A DNA stretch of 64,000 nt from Vicugna vicugna. Lineage: Eukaryota. The number at the start of each line of letters is the position of its first letter. The first letter of the stretch is position 1. Below are positions 53,786-64,000 of this stretch, piece by piece. The notes below the pieces were generated by a model, which made no database searches, had not been told where the DNA came from, and was given only the letters and a program-made list of their open reading frames with translations. Both the position numbers and the translations under genes were made by a program. The DNA lies in contig MU058037.1 of NCBI GenBank assembly GCA_013265495.1, positions 1,613,498-1,677,497 on the forward strand, written 5' to 3'.

Positions 53786-54571
53786 GGAGGATACTAAGGG
53801 ACAAATATTCCTAAAATAACCTCTTAACTGGTTTCCCTTCTTCCAGCCTTATTCTTCAGTAATCTTTCCCAACACTACAGCCCAACTATTCTTCAAAATT
53901 CAAAGGTTTGAACACAACAATAACTTTAAACAGCTCCCCACTGCCTTCAGCATAAATGCCTTAGCATGGCAAAGAATTCTTTTTCTCCTTTCTTTCTTTT
54001 AAAACAAGCTGTTAATATACAATCATTATAGGCAAGCCAGGCTGGAGCTGAACTTCCCTGCGGAAAAACCTTCAAAATATAAACTTCAGTTTCTTTTTTC
54101 AATTTACAGTCTCAGGAGAAGACTTTAAAGTTATCACAAAGTTGTCTTTTTTTTTCCCTTCCAAGTATACATTTCATTTTTATGCTCAAAATGTAAAGTG
54201 GCCCTTGATTTAATTATCACCGTGGTATGACAAAGCATAAAACAAGCATTGTGAGAAACTTTGCAGCAGTGGAAGCCAAACACATGATTTAAATTATTCC
54301 TTCAGGCTTTTTGTCACATTTTCACTTCCTATGAAACAAACACAAAACACCATTGATTGACTTCATGGACTGCTGTGAACGCGTAGATGCACTCACGTAC
54401 GTTTGTAAATGAATTGGCATTTACTAAGAGCATCTTACTAGATGATAAAAATAATGTCACCATAAAAATTATAATACAATAAAATCTAAGAAACTATTAT
54501 ATAGTGTCCTAGAAGCCATTATGTGTTTTTATAAACAGCCATATCTGCCATTAAGAAGTAAAAATATTCTC

Positions 54572-54699
54572 GGGGTGAGGGTATAGCTCAAGTGGTAAAG
54601 CACATACTTACCATGCATGAGGTCCTGGGTTCAATCCCCAGTACCTCCTCTAAAAATAAATAAATAAACCTAATTACCTACCCCCTCAACAAAAAATAA
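54572..54699 (+). mobile_element. Full-length camelid-type tRNA-derived SINE
   Basis: A box tagctcaagtgg, B box ggttcaatccc, A-rich tail; 19-bp TSD aagaagt(a/t)aaaatattctc at 54553-54571 and 54700-54718 at a TT|AAGA site. Confidence 0.93.
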
Positions 54700-55281
54700 A
54701 AGAAGTTAAAATATTCTCTAATCATTCTATTTATTTATTTAACAAGTAGTAGGATAAAAGCAAATTAATGAAATTTGACAAATCTAAATATCAGGGCTGA
54801 GCAAATTTATAATTACAGGACAGCTGATAGGTATTAGAAGATATAACTAAAATGAAATATGTTTTCTTTAAGTTTTCTGATTACTGAGAAGCCTCTTGAA
54901 ACAAGTGTATTATATTACTTAAGGATAAGCCATATTTTAAGTATATTTACTTCCTGACCATTATATAACTTGTAGAATTTATAAATTTAAACTGCAATTA
55001 CTTTATATAATTCATAAACGTGGTTTAGACAATTATGAGAATTTTAATGATGTCATAATATAAAAGAAACAGGTTGTTCACCAATGAATTACCAAAAAGC
55101 TAATAATATACAGCTTACTGTTCAGATCTGGATTTAGTATTATCATATTATATGTTATTACTAATTTGTATAAAATTAGACAATATAGAATTAAGTAAAA
55201 TTACCTTAAATTTACCTCAGACATATAAATTTTTTATGTCTTTTTTAATATAAGGTCTCATATTTTTAAAAAGTCAAAATA

Positions 55282-56330
55282 CAGCTGACCCTTGAATGAG
55301 AGTGTTAGGGTTGCCAACTCCACACAGATGAAAATCCACATGTAACTTTATAATCAGTCCTCCAAGGTATTTTATTACTTTGGGTGCTATTTTAAAGGGG
55401 ATTGTTTCTCTACTTTCTTTTTCTGTTGATTCATCATTAGTGTCAAGAAATGCCACTGATTTTTGAACATTAATCTTGTAACCAGCTACTTTGCTGAATT
55501 CTTCTATCAGCTCTAGTAGTTTTTGTGTGGACCTTTTAGGGTTTTCTATATATAGTAACATGTCATTGGCATATAGTGAGACTTTTACCTCTTCTTTTCC
55601 AATTTGGATCCCTTTTATTTCTCTCTCTTGCTGTGGCTAGGCCTTCCAAGACTATGTTGAATAGGAGTGGTGATAGTGGGCATCCTTGCCTTGTCCCAGA
55701 TTTTAGTGGGAAGCTTTTGAGTTTTTCACCGTTGAGTACTATGCTGGCTGTAGGTTTGTCATATATAGCTTTTATTATGTTGAGATATGTTCCCTCTATG
55801 CCCACTTTGGTGAGAGTTTTTATCATAAATGGCTGTTGAATTTTATCAAGTGCTTTTTCTGCATCTATTGAGATGATCATGTGGTTTTTGTCCTTTCTCT
55901 TGTTGATGTGATATATTACATTGATTGATTAGCGTATGTTGAACCACCCTTGTGTCCCTGGGATGAGCCCCACTTGGTCATGATGTATAATCTTTTTTAT
56001 GTGTTGTTGGATTCTATTTGCTAATATTTTGGTGAGGATTTTGGCGGCTATGTTCATCAGTGATATTGGCCTATAATTCTCTTTTTTGGTAGTGTCTTTG
56101 CTTGGTTTTGGTATCAGGGTGATGGTGGCTTCATAGAATGAGTTTGGGAGTATTCCCTCCTTTTCAATCTTCTGGAAGAGTTTGAGAAGGACTGGTATGA
56201 GTTCTTCTTTGTACGTTTGGTAGAATTCCCCGGCATATCCACAGATTAAACCAACTGATGATGATCATATAGTATTGTAGTGTGTATTTACTGAAAAAAA
56301 TTCAAACCCATGTTGTTCAAGGGTCAACTG
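55282..56330. mobile_element. Tigger2-type MITE split by an L1 fragment (arms 55282-55360 and 56234-56330)
   Basis: TIRs cagctgacccttgaa at the left end and ttcaagggtcaactg (56316-56330); TA on the left flank. Confidence 0.8.
55361..56233 (-). mobile_element. Internal L1 ORF2 reverse-transcriptase fragment
   Basis: ORFs 55563..55880 ([14 protein letters not shown]...[18 protein letters not shown]) and 55274..55561 ([21 protein letters not shown]) are L1 RT motifs; frameshifted. Confidence 0.93.
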
Positions 56331-57153
56331 CATATATATGTATATGCATGTAAATCCTACTGACATTGATTCAAGAAAGAATTCTAGTAAAATTGTACAC
56401 TAGCAGAGTTTCTGTGAGAGACAAAGTGTATTTTGAAATCTGATTATTTAAGCATTATAACTCAGTGTCTGCCCCTTTCAAAAAATTCTCCAAAATGAAA
56501 GTTTATTTAGTTTTTCTAAATAGTTGCAATGTTTTATCATTAAAATGTTTAACCACAGATACAACTTTAATCTAACATTTTTCATTTTATATTATGAAAA
56601 CATCATTTTATGTGTTTCAAAACAAAATTAACTGAACTAGCAAAAAAGGACCAAAACCACGTTTACAATATCCAAAACTGACTGTGCAATGTGAATAATA
56701 ATAAAGAATGAACAAAAGCAAGGGTAATGAGACAAGCAATGCATGCTACGAAAGTGTCAGTGTCCAACTACCCATTTAAAACAGTGAATAGAATCCTGAT
56801 GGTCACTTTCTTAAATACAACCAATTAATGAAAAAAACACAGAGAATCAGGAGACAAGGCAGTATTACAAATCTTATTATAACTGTCAAAAAAGATTTTG
56901 CTTATAAAGTGGCAAAGGTATTTTTAAATTGTCAGGGAGTAATTATTGATTGGCTAAACTTAGTTGGGTATAAAATTTTGCAAACAATTAGTATCTATTT
57001 GATGACACACCTATATTGTGGTAAATCATAATGAGACATCTGTTATTTAATATTCCTCTACTTGTTCAATCTTTTCACAAGAAAACATGAAACAACGTTA
57101 TATTAAAACTGGTATCTGAGGAGGATAACCTATGAAACATGTGGAAGATTTTA

Positions 57154-57399
<246 letters not shown>

Positions 57400-60300
57400 T
57401 TATTCATTCATGAAAATATTTACTGAGTGCTTTACTATACTTGACTATATGTATAAGCAATGAAACAAATATTAAGAGGCACACATAAATAAGATAGGAT
57501 TCCTAGCCTAGCAGAACACATACATAATCAAATGAGGATTTAGGGAAACGCCAGCTAAACAAAATGAACATGCAAAGAAGGGGCACTGTATGTTGGAACT
57601 ATGCCGCCCAAGACAGAAAGATTATAAGGACTCATAAGCATTTTTTAAAAAAACCCAAACCTAAGTTCATTTACTTGTGAAATTCATTATCAACAATTAT
57701 TTTTCAGTATCTATTCTATTAGCATATGCATAGTCATGAGTATAGGTACTAGAAAAATTCTGCTTCCCCTAAATGAGCAAAGTAAGCAAAACCCAGCAAT
57801 AAAATGAAACAGCAAAAGATAAATCATATGCAAGATAACTTTTCTTCTGTGTCTCCTCCACAATGACTCACATAAGAAGTTTGTTTTATAAAATGGTATA
57901 CCTGGAAAACCTCTACATCTTCAGGGGAACCAATAGACTTTCTCTCTTTTATAATACAAATTATAAAACTAAACTTATTTTTAATTTTGTCATGGTTGCA
58001 TTAGCTTACAGTCAAATATGAAGCACATCTAAAGCAATCACAATGGCTTTTTGATAAGTATTATTTGTTTTCTTCTTTCCCTTGGTCTCATTTTTCAATT
58101 TCTAATAGTATTTATTATTTTACCCTAAATATTTCATCTATAAATTATTACAGAAAAGAGTTATATCAGTAAATATAAACTTTTTTTTACCATATTATAT
58201 AGGAAAATATTGTAAGATCGCCTCACACAAACTTTAGGGAAAGACTTTATAAGTTACAGTTAAATTTTACAATTGATAATTATGAGTTGTAAAACAATTC
58301 TGAGAAAGACTGGTTAATCAGATCACAGGATGACCTTAATCAAACTACTAAGCAGCATGTACGGTACTGTCATCTGTAAAGCTAAAAGTATTATTCACTT
58401 ATAGAAAATCATAAAATTCAAAGTATGTTAGACAGCTTCTGAGGCCCAAATTCTGTTCGATTTACCCTGCTTTTACAGTTAAGTAAAGTGAGACACAGGG
58501 AAATTTTTTGGCTTTGCGTAAAGAGCTCAGAGCTTAGAGTAGACAGAGTTCAGAACGGGACTCTGTGAGGCCACCTGTGAGGGAATGCCTCTACCACAAC
58601 TCCTTAGCATCAATAGTCTACTCCTGTTCAAGTAGGGTGGTGAGAAAAAATGAACCAAAATGGAAGATTAAATACTGGCAAGGTGAAAAAGGGAAGCAAA
58701 TGGCACAATGAATGTAGCTATATTGTTGAGTCAACAACCACAAGGTACCTAGTTTATATACAATTTAGGTTTATTTTTTCAACAGTAATTTAAGAAAGAA
58801 CTTAGAGGAGAAAAAAGCGGATCAGAGAAGGATTTGGATGCATAAATATTAAACACCAAGTTATGTATGTTCCCACTAAAGATTTAATAGTGATAAAAAT
58901 CTGATTGTTCTTTGCTGAAAATTCACATTTTTGTTAGAAGAACTTTGTTTTGGAGCCATGGATTTGCTTTGAAAAAAAAAACCAGTATATTATATATTCA
59001 CTGCTAAATTTGAATTACAATAGTCTCTCAAGTTAAGAGGTTTGGTTTACACAAATGAAACAGTCTATTCAAATTCTATTGCATCTGAGCATGGACTACT
59101 TGTGAAACATTCATGAGATTTTATCCAGCATGCCCCTATATTAAAAAAGAAATCCTCTTATAAGAGATACTCTCTAAGGACTAGATAAGAACAACTTACA
59201 ATTACGTCAACTAAACTTAAATGATAGTTCTGAAGTGCTTGAAACTATTTTCATGTTTTCCCTATGTTAAAGCATTTTCCCTTAAGTACAACAGTCTGCA
59301 TTTTTCATTTTTGTGTATTAATGAATTTAATGAGAAAACATTTGTTTACAAACTATAATGATTTCTTAGAGAAGCTCAAATTATAACAGTTTATATTAGA
59401 GAGGAACCTAATCGATCAACCTGGTAACATAACTTGCACTCTGTAGCCATTATCCCCATAAAAGATTCATTTAAATTATCTCTTTATACATTAGCATCTC
59501 AAATATTTCATTAGAAAAGGTAAAAATGATTTAAAAATAATACAGATCTTCTTATAAATAAAAATCTGAAGTCAAAGTAAAAACACTTTGAAGCTTTCAC
59601 ACTTGATAATATTAAAAAAAATTTTAAATACAACTCAAGAATTAGAGAAGAGAAAAATCTTCTGTGCAAAACCTGGAAAGATGCCTTGAGAAGGTCTCCT
59701 AACTTGGAATCCTACTAAAGAAATAACCTATATGGAGGAAATTCAGGTGAAAAATGAGGACGCCAGAGGAATCCAGTGGTGAGAAGAGACAAAAGATGCA
59801 TAGTAGAGGATGGGGAAGGAAATTCTTAATACTTATTTTAGTTAACACAAAATGTGACTACTTAAACCAATAATTCAAAAGCATTTTAAAAAAAATTCTA
59901 AAAAGTATAAAAATAGGCTGGAAGCTTATCTGTATATTAGCACCTATGTGGTCCTATTTTAACAAAAGACATGGATTAGTTGATCTCACAAGTTAATTCT
60001 TATGACAGCTCTCAATTCTAAGTAGCTCAAAATCAATTATGGACAACAGATACCTTCTTGCTATTTCTTTCATGAAAGTGGATGGTTTGTTGTGACTTGC
60101 AGTCACCAGTAAATCACTTGTAGTCCTTGCCTACCATGTGAAGAAGCAAGAAGTAAATGAAGCACCCCTTTGCTTTGGGCCAGAGGTATGCAGTTGAGAA
60201 CTGCTTTGACTTTTTATAAACTGCAGGTTTATTCACTACAGATTTGCTTTTTACTGGATATGTATGGGACAACTAGGCATTACTATTGGTATAGAAAGAA

Positions 60301-61499
60301 CTACAACAAGTAAACAAAAGCTTGGACATGAAGTGTACTTAGCTATTTTCTTTGCCCTAGGTGTTACCTTCTTGGCCAATAACATTTCTGCCAGGAAACA
60401 GATGTGACTCCACACTGATTCAATATAGTCAGTCTAGTCTTAGGGAATTGTGGCTAAGTTCATACTGTTTTTCTCTCAATTATATGCATGCAAAAGCACA
60501 TGAAAGAATGAAACGAAGGAATACATTTAACATTTTAGAAAATCAAGTTGGCTATATCCTTACTAGTGGCAAATTCTCGCTAAACATCTAACTGAAAATA
60601 TTCAGTATTGGCACCACATACTTTACAATGTCAATGCTACTTTATTTAGAGCTCTTAATGTGAATGCATCATGTAGCAGGTGTTTAGGTTTTACAATATT
60701 TTGCTTTATAAATATGAGTGAGTCCTAAAAGGACTGCTTTAATGACTTTTTCAGAATTGAATTATTTTGAGATGAATGAACCAAGCAATTATGCTGCAAA
60801 GAAACAAATCCTAGCAATTGCAGACATCAAATTTTTCATGCAAAATACCTATTACATGAAAAGTACATGAAGAATGAAATGAAAACTGTTCTTATCCTGT
60901 CATAAATGATTCACTTGTACTTCTCAATAAAAGGTGTATTGTCAGAACATAAATTAAAGACTATACATTAAATTATATATATTTTATTTATGCTTTACTA
61001 TTTCAGTGAATACAATGTGCTCTCTACTGAAGCACACCAAATGATAGCATAACAGCTCCAAAGAGTTAATACAACTCTAAACTATGAACAGCTTATTTCT
61101 TTCTAGGATAGCATGGTATAAACAATATAGTTGGTGCTTAATAAATGCATGAATGAACAAGTTACTAAATAAATCTTTGATTTTCATCATCTGCTGTAAC
61201 ATTTATTTCCCATCAGGACTAATTTTAAGACAAGGCAGATGAAACTATTCCATGGCTTAAAAGAAACAAAGAATTTGGTACTTTTTCTGTGTCTTCCTTA
61301 TCCTAGGAACAGAAACTTCAGAGTCAGAGGCTGTATAGGCAACAGAAAAAAATACAGTTCTCTGGAGAAAGGCACAGAACTTCATTCAGTAATATAGCAT
61401 TAATTTAACAACCCCTATATGCTAATAAGCACTGGGCAGAAAGCATATCGAGGACTGAAAAACCTAAGCAAAGAATAATAATGTGATACAAAGTATAAG

Positions 61500-61899
61500 T
61501 TGCCATTCTTCCCATTACTTCACATTCTGCAGTAGCCGAATCAAAATTCTCATTTTACTCTGAACACCCCATACTCTTCCACAATTCTGTCTTTACACAT
61601 ATTTCTACTGCCTAGATAACTTTTCTCCAACTTTTTGTCTGGCAAACATCTACTAATCTTGCAAGTCCCAAAGCAAATCCCACCTACACTTCCTGGATCC
61701 CTGTAGCGTTCATCATCTCCTTCTGCACTCCCCTGGGATTTTCTTTAAATCTATATTATCTTTTAATGACTGCTGTCTTCTTTACTAGACTGTATAATAT
61801 TCTATGAGCACAGACTATGCCTTTTTCATCTTTGTATTCCCTGCAGTAGGACTGCATGAGCATGAATGTATATATTTGTTAAAAGAATAAATGAATACA
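61500..61899 (+). mobile_element. L2 3' fragment
   Basis: ctagactgtataatattctatgagcacagactatg...catctttgtattccctgcag...gaataaatgaat. Confidence 0.7.
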
Positions 61900-62318
61900 A
61901 AAGAACACAGTAATGCCATTTCCAGCAACATGGATGCATCTGGAGATTGTCATTCTAAATGAAGCCAGAAAGAGAAAGAAAAATGCCATATGATATCACT
62001 CATGTGGAATCTTAAAAAAAGGACACAAATGAACTTCTCTACAAAATGAAACAGACTCACAGACACAGAGAACAAAATTATGGTTACCAGGGGGTAAAGG
62101 CAGTGGCAAGAGATAAAATGGGAATTTAAAAACTGCACTTCTTAGGGAGTGATGGAAATGTTAGCTATCTTGATTGTGGTCATGGTTTCATTGGTGTATA
62201 TACATCTATCAAAATTCATCAAATTGTACATTTGAAGTAAGTGTAGTTTACTGTACAGGAACCATACCACAATAAAAGTGTTAAAAACATAAAAATACAT
62301 TAAAAAATAAAAATTAAA
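61900..62318 (+). mobile_element. 5'-truncated L1 with an apparently chimeric 3' end
   Basis: ORF2-end and 3'UTR motifs (atgccatttccagcaacatggatg...), AATAAA and A tail; 19-bp TSD aaaagaa(t/g)aaatgaataca at 61881-61899 and 62319-62337. Confidence 0.85.
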
Positions 62319-63379
62319 AAAAGAAGAAATGAATACAGTAGATGTAAGGAAAAAGTAGAAAAGCCAGTAAAGACATTATAGTTTCAGAGACAAAACATAG
62401 TTCCTGATTCCCAACAGCACAACTCATAGTCTAGTCAACTCAGCTTGCTGATGAGGGATCTCACCTCCTATTTTATAATGGCATGTAGAAGTAAGTCAGA
62501 ATTCTTGTTGCTCAGAAATTTACTTTATATTCACTGGAAAACATCTGGTGCATAAATTGAAAGATATTTGCACTTCTAATGCTGATGTATAGCCATGAGG
62601 AAGCAACAAAAAGGAAGTTTAATATTTGATATCTTTGGGGAATGTAACCAATCTATTGTTGAATAAACACAGAAAGAATGAATTTAATGTTTTGATTTAT
62701 TATTTTTCCCAAGAAAGTGATGCAACGCAACAGTGCTTAAATTCAGAACTACAGAGGGATTAAAACTCAACATATGAAGAGATTTGCCATAGCTCCATGG
62801 CTCGGATGTGGCAATAGTCTAGACGTGTTTTCTCTGATGTTATCCTTTTAAGTAAGACTAGGTCAGCAGAGCTTATTCATGGGTCAAAGCCTACAGGTCT
62901 AGACTATCTGTAGGTAGCACTGTAATCAATCTTACTTCCTTCTTCAAACTGGCAGAGTGGAGCTCAGCACAAGAGTGGCTCATTTATAAGAAGCCCTGCT
63001 TATGAGACAGACACTTGAGATTTCAAGCTGTGACACCCCCAACTATTACTGTTATAGAAGATGTGGCAAATAGGGGACTTCTAGATCAGATTCCCATCTC
63101 CAAGCCACTTCCACTATACCTTCATGGCCACTCTGACTTGGATCTGGAGACCAGTATGCAAAAACACTGTGGACTCTTACCTCACCCTGAGTACTAGCTT
63201 TTATTTCAGGCATGATTTTTCCGATCTGATTCAGATAAGGGAAAGTGCAATTGCATGTTCTGCTCTGAAATGATTTCTCTTATCTCAGTGCCCACACTAA
63301 GAAGTACAAATCTCTTATCAGGACGTTAAGGTATTTTACCATCTGGCCCTATTCTATTTTTTAAAGTCTAATTTTCTGT

Positions 63380-63760
63380 CACTGCCTCACACCTACTTTT
63401 GGTAGGAAAATAGTTGACCATTTTTCATGCACGTTCTTTATTCTGTGTGCCTGTGTACGTGTTGCTTTTTCTACCTGGAAATCCCTTCCCTCTGTTCCTC
63501 CACCTCTTAAACACATGCTCATCCTCCACTAGACTGTTAAAGATCACCTCTTTTGCAATATGAACCCATTTATCTTAGTCAAAACTACTTACTTTTTCTG
63601 TTTCCTCATAATACTTAGCTCATATTTTTATTTAGGAATTACACTATAACATTGTGATTATTTGTATGTCACTCTCATCCCACTAGGCTTTTCAAGATGG
63701 CAGGAACTAGATTTTACATCTGACACATAGTGTGCTGAATGTACTGATTCTGAAATTGTT
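63380..63760 (+). mobile_element. L2 3' fragment
   Basis: ctacctggaaatcccttccc...ccactaggcttttcaagatggcagg...ctgacacatagt. Confidence 0.6.
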
Positions 63761-63789
63761 TAATTATCTATACATTTCTTATTAATCAT

Positions 63790-64000
63790 CATCTCAACAG
63801 TAGATACTACTTACTGAACACCTACTGTGAGCCAGGCACTGAATTTGGCACTATACAAACACAATCTCATTTGCTTTTCATACTACCACGAAGAGGTAGT
63901 TGGTATTATCTCTATTTTAAATAAAAGAACTAAGGCTATGGTGAAATTATTTCCCCCAAATGTCAGTAATTGACTGAGCCAAATTTCAATTCCAGATTAT
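63790..64000 (-). mobile_element. MIR SINE running off the window end
   Basis: cttactgaacacctactgtgagccaggcact...tattatctctattttaaataaaagaactaaggct. Confidence 0.75.

Noticed and set aside
54572..54645. tRNA-like sequence (also at 25124, 33989 and 43558)
   Set aside because: These are SINE heads, mostly with tails and in two cases clear TSDs, not tRNA genes.

Overview
AT-rich mammalian genomic DNA, most likely camelid judging from its tRNA-derived SINEs and L1 3' ends. The whole window lies inside CNKSR2 (connector enhancer of KSR 2) on the minus strand. Five coding exons, probably exons 3-7 (57155-57357, 43155-43242, 17853-17894, 6466-6585, 52-111), splice in frame with GT-AG boundaries and encode the CRIC domain through the start of the PDZ domain. 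The rest is intron filled with L1, L2, MIR, camelid SINE, MaLR/ERVL LTR and hAT/Tigger fossils. Best leads: (1) two candidate cassette exons in the intron between exons 5 and 6 (98 + 76 nt), each frameshifting alone but together adding a stop-free 58-aa insert; (2) further candidate poison exons; (3) a TSD-flanked 2.1-kb L1 that keeps ORF1 but lacks almost all of ORF2, about 190 bp from the exon 5 acceptor; (4) several atypical retrotransposition products. Repeat subfamily names were assigned by eye and old-repeat boundaries are approximate. The cryptic exons are predictions from motifs only.
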